A DNA stretch of 64,000 nucleotides from Candidatus Desulfobia pelagia. GTDB lineage: Bacteria; Desulfobacterota; Desulfobulbia; Desulfobulbales; SURF-16. The notes beneath the pieces were generated by a model, which was not told the DNA's origin, did no database searches, and saw only the letters and a program-made list of their open reading frames with translations. The first letter of the stretch is position 1, and every line of letters starts with the position of its first letter. Shown here in pieces: positions 30,456-39,454 of this stretch. The translations under genes were made by a program, and so were the position numbers. The stretch lies in assembly GCA_014382295.1 (NCBI GenBank), contig JACNJZ010000045.1:6017-70016 (forward strand), given 5' to 3'.

Positions 30456-31937
30456 TCATTGGGTCACCATATTAACAAAGGTCATCATAAAATCAGGATA
30501 GATACCTATAATTACAGAAATAATTGCGGCAATCATGAGAGGGATAACCATGGACAACGGAGCTTCCTTAATCCCCTCGTAGGTTTCACCCTCCGGTCGC
30601 TTGCCAAAAAAGGCCCGGTAGGTGACAGGAGCAAAGTAGGCGGCATTAAGCAACGTACTGGCCAGCAGAACAAGCAAAATACCGATAGAATGAGTCTCCA
30701 TTTCCATGGCTCCCACCAACAGCTTCCATTTGGTGACAAAACCGGCTACGGGGGGGGCTCCGATCATGGAGAGGGAGGCAATGCCAAAAGCAGCAAAGGT
30801 AAACGGCATAGTCCGTCCAAGACCGGACATTTCCGAAATTGTTTTTTTGCGGGTGGCAACATAAATGGCACCGGCACAGAAAAAGAGGGTTATTTTCGAG
30901 AAAGCGTGATTGGCAATGTGCACCAGACCACCCTCAATCCCATTGGGGGTCAGCAGTGCGACCCCCAGGATAATATAGGAGAGCTGGCTCACTGTGGAAT
31001 AGGCAAGCCGCGCTTTGAGATTATCCTTGGTAAGCGCAATTATCGAAGCCGTGATGATGGTAAATGAGACAAAGTACGCCGTGGGAACCCCAAGACCCAA
31101 GGCACTCATCTGGTCCGTGCCGAATACGTAAAGCATAACCCTGGTAGTGGAAAAAACTCCCACTTTTACCACGGCTACGGCATGAAGTAGCGCACTGACC
31201 GGGGTTGGGGCTACCATGGCACCGGGCAGCCAGTTGTGCACCGGCATGACGCCATTTTTTGCAAAACCGATGAGGAAGCAGATATAGAGGATAGTTACCA
31301 CTACACCATTCACACCGACAGGAATAATGCCGGTGTGAATATTGTCGGCAAAATCCAGACTGCCGGTCAGCACATAGATAAGAATCATTGCCGGCAACAG
31401 CAGCCCTTTAGCCGTTGTGGTCAGGTAGACAATGTACTTGCGGGCACCGGAATAGCCTTCTTCGTCCTGATGGTGGGCGACCAAAGGGTAGGTACAGATG
31501 GAAACAATCTCATAGAAAAGATACAGGGTAAAAATATTATCCGCGAAAGCAACTCCTATCGCACCAAAAAGAGAAAGGGCAAAACATGTATTAAAGCGCG
31601 TCTGGGCATGTTCCAGCAATCCCCGCATATACCCCATTGAATAAAATGCCGCCAGGATCCAGAGAAAAGAGGCGACAATGGCAAATATCATAGAAAATGC
31701 ATCAGCCCGAAAGGTAAGGGATAATCCGGGCAGCATGTCGAACAGTTGATATTTATATACATTACCAGCCATCACTTCGGGAACCATGGAAGCAATAACG
31801 CCAAACATACAGACTGCAGCTGCCACCGACCAAGACTCTCGGATATTCGGATTTTTGCCTGAAAGACTCACTAAAATGGCGCCAAACAAGGCGCACAACA
31901 TTGCAACTAAAGGTTTGCTCGATACAATGACTTCCAT
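30456..31937 (-). CDS. Extra antiporter-like subunit (MrpD / NuoM-like)
   Basis: FYEIVS, PVHNWLPGAMVAPTPVSALLHAV, LKARLAYSTVSQLSY, GFVTKW. Confidence 0.88.
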   Translation of the reverse strand: MEVIVSSKPLVAMLCALFGAILVSLSGKNPNIRESWSVAAAVCMFGVIASMVPEVMAGNVYKYQLFDMLPGLSLTFRADAFSMIFAIVASFLWILAAFYSMGYMRGLLEHAQTRFNTCFALSLFGAIGVAFADNIFTLYLFYEIVSICTYPLVAHHQDEEGYSGARKYIVYLTTTAKGLLLPAMILIYVLTGSLDFADNIHTGIIPVGVNGVVVTILYICFLIGFAKNGVMPVHNWLPGAMVAPTPVSALLHAVAVVKVGVFSTTRVMLYVFGTDQMSALGLGVPTAYFVSFTIITASIIALTKDNLKARLAYSTVSQLSYIILGVALLTPNGIEGGLVHIANHAFSKITLFFCAGAIYVATRKKTISEMSGLGRTMPFTFAAFGIASLSMIGAPPVAGFVTKWKLLVGAMEMETHSIGILLVLLASTLLNAAYFAPVTYRAFFGKRPEGETYEGIKEAPLSMVIPLMIAAIISVIIGIYPDFMMTFVNMVTQ

Positions 31938-31963
31938 ATCTTTAGTTCCTTATCCTTTCCTTT

Positions 31964-33493
31964 TTACGGCAACAGTACATTCGCCATGGGAGCTATACCG
32001 GTCTGCATGCCAATGACCTGTTCAAGCAAATGGGCCACGCTTGCATGCATGACATTGATAAACGGCTTAGGTGCCAAACCTATCCAGAACACTAAAAGCA
32101 GTAACGGTGCCAGCGTAACGATTTCCCGAGTATTCAAATCAGACAGGCCGGTATGGATTGGATTTTCCGTGCCTCCCCATATCACTTTCTGCAGCATACG
32201 CAACATATAGGCTGCTGCCAGGATTGCCCCGGGAATGGCACAGGTGGCTATCAGTTTTGACTTAGCAAATCCACCGGCAAGAATCATAAACTCGCCGATA
32301 AAGCTATTTGTTCCGGGAAAGGCCAGCGACGAAAGTGAAAAAAATGCCAGAAAAGTCACATAGACAGGCATATACATGCCAACCCCCGCATTCAAAGCAA
32401 GTTCTCTGGTGTGGGTCCGTTCGTAAATAATCCCCACACAGAGAAACAGCGCTCCGGTAGTAATGCCATGGTTGATCATTTGCAGCAGAGCCCCTTCCAT
32501 GCCGTTGGGATTGAGAACAAAAATCCCCAGGGTGATAAAGCCCATGTGGCCCACACTGGAATAGGCAATCAATTTTTTCATATCACTCTGGGCAAGAGCT
32601 GTAAAACCGCCGTACAGGATCCCGGCCACAGACAACCATAAAATATACGGGGTGAAAGTAACGGAGGCGGCCGGGGTAATGGGCAGACAAAACCGCAGGA
32701 AACCATATGTGCCCATTTTCAAAAGTACGCTTGCGAGAATCACACTACCGGCTGTAGGAGCCTGAACATGGGCGGCAGGTAACCAGGTATGGAATGGAAA
32801 CATCGGAACCTTGATGGCAAAAGCCAGGAAAAACGCGACAAACACCCATTTTTGGAAGATTGAAGAATACCCTTGTCCCATCAGGAGTGGAATACTGAAG
32901 GTATGAGGGTCTGTATTAAAATAGAGAGCAATGATTGCCACCAGCATCAGTACCGAACCTGCCAATGTATAGAGAAAAAATTTAATCGAAGCATAGATCT
33001 TGCGTTCCCCCCCCCAGACGCCGATAAGAAAAAACATGGGGATGAGTGTTGCTTCCCAGACGATATAGAAAAATACAAAATCCAGGGCCATGAATACGCC
33101 TAACATGGTCGATTCAATGAGCAGAAGGCAGAACATGAACGCCCTCACCTTGGTTGTAATGTATCGCCAGGAACAGAGGACACAGAGTGGCATCAGCAAG
33201 GTAGTCATCAGGACAAGCAGCAGGCTGATACCGTCTATCCCCAGGGTATAATTGACATTAAGGGCCGGAATCCAGCTATGATGCTCACCAAACTGATAGT
33301 TATGGGTGGTTGGGTCAAAACTGTAATAAAGGGGGAGTGAAACAGCTGCTGTCAATATGGTCACACCCAGCGCCCAATATTTCTGAAAATTTTCTCCTGG
33401 AATAACAAACAAAAGAAAGGCCCCTGCCAGTGGCAGAATCATCAGGATACTCAGGATGGGCAGCCACCCGTCATGCAATATCAAAAAATCCAT
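31964..33493 (-). CDS. nuoM: NADH-quinone oxidoreductase subunit M
   Basis: DGISL, WEATLIPM, KFFLYT, KVPMFPFHTWLP, KMGTYG, IAYSSVGHMG. Confidence 0.92.
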   Translation of the reverse strand: MDFLILHDGWLPILSILMILPLAGAFLLFVIPGENFQKYWALGVTILTAAVSLPLYYSFDPTTHNYQFGEHHSWIPALNVNYTLGIDGISLLLVLMTTLLMPLCVLCSWRYITTKVRAFMFCLLLIESTMLGVFMALDFVFFYIVWEATLIPMFFLIGVWGGERKIYASIKFFLYTLAGSVLMLVAIIALYFNTDPHTFSIPLLMGQGYSSIFQKWVFVAFFLAFAIKVPMFPFHTWLPAAHVQAPTAGSVILASVLLKMGTYGFLRFCLPITPAASVTFTPYILWLSVAGILYGGFTALAQSDMKKLIAYSSVGHMGFITLGIFVLNPNGMEGALLQMINHGITTGALFLCVGIIYERTHTRELALNAGVGMYMPVYVTFLAFFSLSSLAFPGTNSFIGEFMILAGGFAKSKLIATCAIPGAILAAAYMLRMLQKVIWGGTENPIHTGLSDLNTREIVTLAPLLLLVFWIGLAPKPFINVMHASVAHLLEQVIGMQTGIAPMANVLLP

Positions 33494-33501
33494 TGTTTAT
33501 C

Positions 33502-33804
33502 CTATCCTCTCAACTGATTTATTTCGTCTGAATATACGGTCCGCCGGTTACGGAACAGGGCCAAGACAATGCCCAGACCGATGGCTGCCTCTGCAGCAGC
33601 AACAGCAATGATAAAAAAAGTCATGACCTGCCCGTGCAGATCAGTCAGGTAATGGCTAAAGGCAACAAAGTTCAGATTTGCGGCATTCAACATAAGTTCT
33701 ATGCAAAGAAACATGATGATCACATTACGCCGGGTCAAAAACCCATACATACCGATGGAAAAAAGTATGATGCTCAATGCCAAATACCAGGTTACCGGAA
33801 TCAT
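33502..33804 (-). CDS. nuoK: NADH-quinone oxidoreductase subunit K
   Basis: [17 protein letters not shown]. Confidence 0.93.
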   Translation of the reverse strand: MIPVTWYLALSIILFSIGMYGFLTRRNVIIMFLCIELMLNAANLNFVAFSHYLTDLHGQVMTFFIIAVAAAEAAIGLGIVLALFRNRRTVYSDEINQLRG

Positions 33805-34367
33805 TTCTTTCCTCCCCTTGTCAATGACCCTGAACCTTCCTTTTGGGCCATGACAACCTCTTGTTTATCCTGCTTGGCCAGAAGAATTCCGCCAACGACT
33901 GCCACTAGCAGAATCAGAGCGATTATCTCAAATGGCAGAATATACGATGTGAATATTTCAATACCCAGAGCTTTGGTATGAGTTGCCTGGCGGATTGCAT
34001 CCGTGGTCCATTTCCCAGGTGTTCCTAAGCGAAAAGACTGTGTAACCGCTATAAGTATCAAAAAAACCAGGAAGGAGATGAATTTGGAGATATTATGATT
34101 TGCAACAAAACGCTCGGTTTTGATCTCTTGCCTGATATTGACGAGGAACAGCACAAAAAGATACAAAACGAGAATGGCGCCGGCATATACGATAATCTGG
34201 ATCGCTGCCAGAAATTCCGCATTGAGCAACAGGTATAATCCGGCCATATGAAAAAAGAGGACAAGAACGGCCAGAACACTGTGGACAGGATTTCGAAACC
34301 GCACAGCAAGTATGCCGGTAATGACAATCACCAGTGCGCAGTATAGAAAGATAAACTTGCTCAACAT
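33801..34367 (-). CDS. nuoJ: NADH-quinone oxidoreductase subunit J
   Basis: [25 protein letters not shown]. Confidence 0.92.
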   Translation of the reverse strand: MLSKFIFLYCALVIVITGILAVRFRNPVHSVLAVLVLFFHMAGLYLLLNAEFLAAIQIIVYAGAILVLYLFVLFLVNIRQEIKTERFVANHNISKFISFLVFLILIAVTQSFRLGTPGKWTTDAIRQATHTKALGIEIFTSYILPFEIIALILLVAVVGGILLAKQDKQEVVMAQKEGSGSLTRGGKK

Positions 34368-35002
34368 TATTCTCCTCCAGTAATCTTTTTACTGCGTGCT
34401 TTTCTTCCTATAAACTGATTTTCAATACGCCAGTCGTCAGGAACAGGAACTCTTTTTGCCGCCGTCAGTTCCGATTCAGGAAGGCCTCTTGGTCGCCAGA
34501 ACGGATTAACATAACTTGATTGATCATATGTGCTGCTGCTCATAAAATCATCCCAATTGCTCAGCAGTTTTTCTTTATCAAAATAGATTGATTCCCGATC
34601 ATACGAGGCATACTCAAATATATCTGTCATGGTAATGGCGTTGACAGGGCATACTTCGACGCAATAGCCGCAATACACGCATCGGAGGGCTTCAATATTA
34701 AAACTATCCATTACCCTGCGGGAGGTCTCTTCTTCCTGATGATATCGAATACTGATACATCGGGATGGGCAGATTTGCGCACAACGCATACAGGCGACAC
34801 ATTTGGCAGTACCGCTCTGCGGATCGCGAACCAGGGCATGCTGGCCACGGAAACCTGGATAGATCGGCGGCTTTTCTTTCGGATATTGCCTGGTAATCGG
34901 CGGGGAAAACAATTTGCTGAGGGTGAGAGCCAATCCCTGCAAAATTTCCGTGTGGAAGATGGTTTGCAGCCAATTTCTTTTCGGTTTGTATTTTACGATC
35001 AT
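34367..35002 (-). CDS. nuoI: NADH-quinone oxidoreductase subunit I (C-terminally extended)
   Basis: TRQYP, FRG, CVACMRCAQICP and CVYCGYCVEVCP. Confidence 0.92.
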   Translation of the reverse strand: MIVKYKPKRNWLQTIFHTEILQGLALTLSKLFSPPITRQYPKEKPPIYPGFRGQHALVRDPQSGTAKCVACMRCAQICPSRCISIRYHQEEETSRRVMDSFNIEALRCVYCGYCVEVCPVNAITMTDIFEYASYDRESIYFDKEKLLSNWDDFMSSSTYDQSSYVNPFWRPRGLPESELTAAKRVPVPDDWRIENQFIGRKARSKKITGGE

Positions 35003-35018
35003 ATCAATCTGTCTCGAC

Positions 35019-35987
35019 TTAATTTATGACGATCTTGACCAACCCGGTGAAAAAGATATTACCAAGGGCCAGTGGTATAAGAAGTTTCCAGCCAATCGTC
35101 ATCAACTGATCATATCTGTACCGTGGAAGTGTAGCCCGGATCCAAATAAAGACAAACATTATCAGGTACACTTTCAAAATGAACCATATCGGCGGGAAAA
35201 ATGGGACATTGAAGGGTCCGTTCCAGCCCCCCAGAAAGCAGACAACACCAATTGAGGCCATTACGAACATACCGATATACTCAGCCATGAAGAACATGGC
35301 ATAACGCATACCGCTGTATTCAGTGCAATAACCGGAAACAAGCTCCGTTTCAGCCTCGGGAAGATCAAACGGCACCCGATTTGTTTCAGCCAGCATGGCA
35401 ACAAAAAAAACGAAAAATGCCACAGGCTGGGTAAAAATATACATACCGGTAAAAGAGCTGCCCTGGGCTTCCACGATCTGTGTCAAGTTCAGAGAGCCGG
35501 ACAGCATCATGACTCCGACCAGGCTCAATCCCAGGGAAATTTCATAACTGATCACCTGGGCCATTGAGCGCATGCCGCCGAGCAGGGTATATTTTGAATT
35601 GGATGCCCAACCGGCAAGGATTATTCCGTAACTGGCCAGTGAACTCATGGCAAAGATGAAAAGGAGACCGATATTGATATCAGCAAGGGCCCAGCCTTTG
35701 GCAAACGGAAGGACAGCCAGCGAGACCATCATTGAAACAAGGCAAATAATAGGAGCTGCCAGGAAGAGGGGTTTATCCGCCTGTTCAGGAATGATATCCT
35801 CCTTGAAAAAACTCTTAATGCCATCGGCGATAGGCTGCAGAAGTCCATGCCATCCGACAAGCATTGGCCCCATGCGAACCTGCATATGACCGATGATCTT
35901 TCTTTCAAAATACGTGGCATAGGCGACATGCAGCAAAACGACGCCCACGAGAATTGCAATCTGAACCAATAATATAAGAATCTGCAT
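35019..35987 (-). CDS. nuoH: NADH-quinone oxidoreductase subunit H
   Basis: ERKIIGHMQVRMGP, QPIADGIK, ETNRVPFDLPEAETELVSG, RATLPRYRYDQL. Confidence 0.95.
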   Translation of the reverse strand: MQILILLVQIAILVGVVLLHVAYATYFERKIIGHMQVRMGPMLVGWHGLLQPIADGIKSFFKEDIIPEQADKPLFLAAPIICLVSMMVSLAVLPFAKGWALADINIGLLFIFAMSSLASYGIILAGWASNSKYTLLGGMRSMAQVISYEISLGLSLVGVMMLSGSLNLTQIVEAQGSSFTGMYIFTQPVAFFVFFVAMLAETNRVPFDLPEAETELVSGYCTEYSGMRYAMFFMAEYIGMFVMASIGVVCFLGGWNGPFNVPFFPPIWFILKVYLIMFVFIWIRATLPRYRYDQLMTIGWKLLIPLALGNIFFTGLVKIVIN

Positions 35988-36114
35988 TCTGTTTCCTGAC
36001 TCCTGTCTAGTAAATCAGCAACCATTCACCGGGGTATAAATAGCTTGGCAAACTCCCTGACTGTAAAAGTTTGCCAGTGCCCCAGCTGGGTGCGGGTGAA
36101 CTTTTACTAAGCAT

Positions 36115-37332
36115 CTATCTGTCACACTCACCCAATACAACATCAAGTGTACCGATTATGGCAATCAGATCCGCCACCATGGCTCCCTTTGCCAGTGTCT
36201 TAAGGGCACCGATATGGATAAAGGAAGGTGAACGAATATGCATACGGTACGGGCTGCCATTTCCGTCACTGATAAAATAAAATCCGAGTTCTCCTTTGGG
36301 AACCTCTGTCGGTACATAGACATCGCCTTCCATAAAGATATCCCGATCCTCTACCAGCTTAATCAACCCCTGACGGGCCGGAGTGTCCACCTCCACCTTT
36401 CTCCCCGGTTTATTCGGCATGACCAGGTCCGGGGCATCATCACCGATAATAGGACCCGGCGGCATCTGTTCAATACACTGACGCAGAATATGATTGGATT
36501 GACGCATCTCCTCCATCCGGCAGCGGTACCGAGCGTATGTATCACCGGTCTCACCCCGGGGAATTTCAAAATCCACCAGATCATAGGCGGCATAGGGAAA
36601 ATGTTTACGCACATCATAGTCGACACCCGAGCCGCGCAGGCTCGCTCCGGTGAGGCAGAGACTGACGGCATCCCTGGCTGACACTGTTCCGACGTTAACC
36701 GTGCGTTTCAACCAGATGCGGTTGGTATCGATAAGGGTTTCATATTCTTCAATATTGGCAGGAAATGCATCGACAAAACGTACCAGCTTCATCATGATGG
36801 AATGGGTTACATCCTGTCTTACCCCCCCCAGTCGGGTATAGGTTGTGGTCAACCTGGCACCGCATAGCTCTGCAAACAGCTCAAGGAGCTCCTCTCGTTC
36901 CCGGAAGCAATAGAGAAATACAGTCATGGCCCCGATATCAAGAGCATGGGTCGCCAGCCATAGCAGATGACTGGAGATTCTTGCCATTTCACAGACCATG
37001 GTGCGTAAATATTTAGCACGCAGAGGCACCTCAATTTTCAGCAACTTTTCGACAGCCTCACAGTACCCGACATTATTGGCCATGGCGGCGATATAATCCA
37101 AGCGATCCGTAAGAACCAAGTTCTGGACATACGTTCGATGTTCGGCCAACTTCTCAAAGCCCCTGTGGAGATATCCTACATGGGGCTCACATTCCATGAT
37201 CGTTTCACCATCCAGATCCAGATCCACACGAAGTACGCCATGGGTGGCCGGATGCTGCGGACCCATCCTGAGTCGATAATGGTCCTCATTGCCGGCGGAT
37301 ACCGGTATATCAACAGTTGTTGCTTTAATCAT
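36115..37332 (-). CDS. nuoD: NADH-quinone oxidoreductase subunit D
   Basis: GPQHPATHGVLR, GYLHRGFEK, DRLDY, PKGELG, DVVLGECDR; no NiFe CxxC pairs. Confidence 0.95.
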   Translation of the reverse strand: MIKATTVDIPVSAGNEDHYRLRMGPQHPATHGVLRVDLDLDGETIMECEPHVGYLHRGFEKLAEHRTYVQNLVLTDRLDYIAAMANNVGYCEAVEKLLKIEVPLRAKYLRTMVCEMARISSHLLWLATHALDIGAMTVFLYCFREREELLELFAELCGARLTTTYTRLGGVRQDVTHSIMMKLVRFVDAFPANIEEYETLIDTNRIWLKRTVNVGTVSARDAVSLCLTGASLRGSGVDYDVRKHFPYAAYDLVDFEIPRGETGDTYARYRCRMEEMRQSNHILRQCIEQMPPGPIIGDDAPDLVMPNKPGRKVEVDTPARQGLIKLVEDRDIFMEGDVYVPTEVPKGELGFYFISDGNGSPYRMHIRSPSFIHIGALKTLAKGAMVADLIAIIGTLDVVLGECDR

Positions 37333-37888
37333 GCCCGCCTTTCTCTTTACTTAAATTGTCATAAAAATCAAATTTACCCAATTCCCGGCTCTTCGCTTTT
37401 AATTCCTCATAGCCGATCCATTCTGTGTCTCCGCGTAAAGGATATTCTTTGCGTAAAGGATGTCCTTCCCAGTCATCAGGGGTAAGGATTCTTCTCTGAT
37501 CCGGATGGGAATTAAAATTGATCCCCATAAGATCATAGCACTCTCGTTCAAGCCAGTTGGCGCCGATCCACAGTGAAGTTATTGACTCGATGGAGCAGTC
37601 ATGTTCCGGCACCTGGACCCGCAGCCGAAACATTTGTTTTTGAGAAATGGAATACAATTGATACACCACTTCAAACCGTTCAAAAAATGGTCCTTTTCTT
37701 TTGGAATTATCCACCCCGCAGAGACACATGAGATGATTCATGTTGCATTCATCCCGCAGAAATCTGCATATCTCAACAATATGGTCACGCTTTACCATCA
37801 CGGCTTTCTGGCCCAAGTGTTCGTAACTCTCCAGCAGATCATCTGGGAATTCCTCCCGTAATTTTTCAACTATACCAGTTGACTCCAT
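37325..37888 (-). CDS. nuoC: NADH-quinone oxidoreductase subunit C
   Basis: [32 protein letters not shown]. Confidence 0.93.
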   Translation of the reverse strand: MESTGIVEKLREEFPDDLLESYEHLGQKAVMVKRDHIVEICRFLRDECNMNHLMCLCGVDNSKRKGPFFERFEVVYQLYSISQKQMFRLRVQVPEHDCSIESITSLWIGANWLERECYDLMGINFNSHPDQRRILTPDDWEGHPLRKEYPLRGDTEWIGYEELKAKSRELGKFDFYDNLSKEKGGHD

Positions 37889-38391
37889 CTCCCCTGCTCC
37901 CGATTAATTTTTTCCTGCAGTTTAATGAGCCCCTCCAGAAGCGCCTCCGGTCGAGGCGGACAGCCAGGAATGTAGACATCCACCGGCAGAAATTCATCTC
38001 CCCCCTGAACAACAGCATAGGTATCAAACACTCCGCCACTGCACGCACATGATCCCATGGCCAGGACATAACGGGGTTCCGGCATCTGGTCATATACGCG
38101 GCGAACCACAGGAGCCATTTTCTTCGATATGGTTCCGGCCAGGATCAGACAATCGGCCTGACGAGGACTGGCGCGAAAGATAACACCAAATCGATCAAGA
38201 TCATTAGTTGAGGCACCGGCAACCATCATTTCAATGGCACAGCAGGCCAGGCCGAAGGTAACCGGCCAGATAGAACCGGTACGCCCCCAGTTGATTATTT
38301 TATTGAGCGGGCCAACCAGGGCACTGGCGCCGGGAATAAACCTGACACCATCCTGTATCTTGACCAGGCCACTGTTATTCATTTGTCCCAT
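37870..38391 (-). CDS. nuoB: NADH-quinone oxidoreductase subunit B (alternative start at 38382, ATGA overlap with nuoA)
   Basis: [29 protein letters not shown]. Confidence 0.95.
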   Translation of the reverse strand: MGQMNNSGLVKIQDGVRFIPGASALVGPLNKIINWGRTGSIWPVTFGLACCAIEMMVAGASTNDLDRFGVIFRASPRQADCLILAGTISKKMAPVVRRVYDQMPEPRYVLAMGSCACSGGVFDTYAVVQGGDEFLPVDVYIPGCPPRPEALLEGLIKLQEKINREQGRWSQLV

Positions 38392-38753
38392 TGCAGATTC
38401 CCTTTTTTCCAGGCATAGATAAAGCCGACAAGCAGCAAAATAATGAAAATAAACATTTCCACCAGGGCAAACATTCCCAACTTGTCATATACCAGCGCCC
38501 ATGGGTAAAGAAAGATGGCTTCCACATCGAAAACGATAAAAAGGATCGCAATCGTATAAAATTTGACAGAAAACCGCATACGTGGCGCTTCAGTAGGGGG
38601 ATTGCCCGATTCATAGGCCACCAGTTTCTCAAAATAAGGCCGCTGCACCCTGAAATATCGTCCTATCCAGAGTGTGATCACCCCAAAAGCAATACCAACC
38701 AGCAACAGCATCAGTATGGCCAAGTATTCTGATGGTAAAAATGCACCGGGCAT
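38379..38753 (-). CDS. nuoA: NADH-quinone oxidoreductase subunit A
   Basis: [25 protein letters not shown]. Confidence 0.94.
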   Translation of the reverse strand: MPGAFLPSEYLAILMLLLVGIAFGVITLWIGRYFRVQRPYFEKLVAYESGNPPTEAPRMRFSVKFYTIAILFIVFDVEAIFLYPWALVYDKLGMFALVEMFIFIILLLVGFIYAWKKGNLQWDK

Positions 38754-38884
38754 AATTTTCTCCCTGTTTTAGGTAGTTGGCTGTTTAGGCTGAAGGTTAT
38801 TTTTAGTTTCAATTATATATAATAATAAACATATGCCCATAATGAACAATTTTTCTTTCAGCCTTGCAACCTTTAAATTACCTC

Positions 38885-39391
38885 TTACGATTTGTTTTGC
38901 AGGAGTTGTTCGGCAAATTGCTGTCGTTTTGCTTCGGATGCTTTATCCGGGGTAGTAAACTCCAAACACCCTGACAAGCACTTTGTGACACATGCCGGTT
39001 TAAGGCCCTCATCGATCCTGTCTTTACACAGATCACATTTGCCGACTTTACCGGTCCTGCCGTTCCACTGCGGCACTCCCCAGGGACAAGCCGTCATGCA
39101 GGCCTTGCATCCTACGCAGAGAGCATCGTCAACAAAGACAATCCCGTCTTTGTCACGGCGCTGCATGGCACCTGTGGGGCAGGCTTCCACACACCACGGA
39201 CTTTCACAGTGAAAACAGGCCATATAGACAAAATCTGAAATCGGCATACCGTTCTTTATCCTGGGACCAACCTCCATGATTTTGCAGTAATAGGCATTTT
39301 TGGCTGAGTCGTTTTTATCTTTGCAATGTGCCTCGCAGGCCCGGCAGCCTATACACCGTTCCACCCGCTGCGTTACTTGATATTTACTCAT
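38885..39391 (-). CDS. 4Fe-4S electron-transfer subunit (PhsB/PsrB/DmsB-like)
   Basis: CIGCRACEAHC, CFHCESPWCVEACP, CVGCKACMTACP, KCDLC...PACVTKC. Confidence 0.9.
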   Translation of the reverse strand: MSKYQVTQRVERCIGCRACEAHCKDKNDSAKNAYYCKIMEVGPRIKNGMPISDFVYMACFHCESPWCVEACPTGAMQRRDKDGIVFVDDALCVGCKACMTACPWGVPQWNGRTGKVGKCDLCKDRIDEGLKPACVTKCLSGCLEFTTPDKASEAKRQQFAEQLLQNKS

Positions 39392-39454
39392 GGTTTCAAA
39401 CCTCCATTTCTTGATCGTATATTGGATAGGATTTCAGTAAGTTCCATAAAGATA

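Noticed and set aside
36115..38391. Group 4 [NiFe]-hydrogenase interpretation of the nuoBCD genes
   Set aside because: Large subunit lacks both CxxC nickel-binding motifs and keeps complex I quinone-site residues
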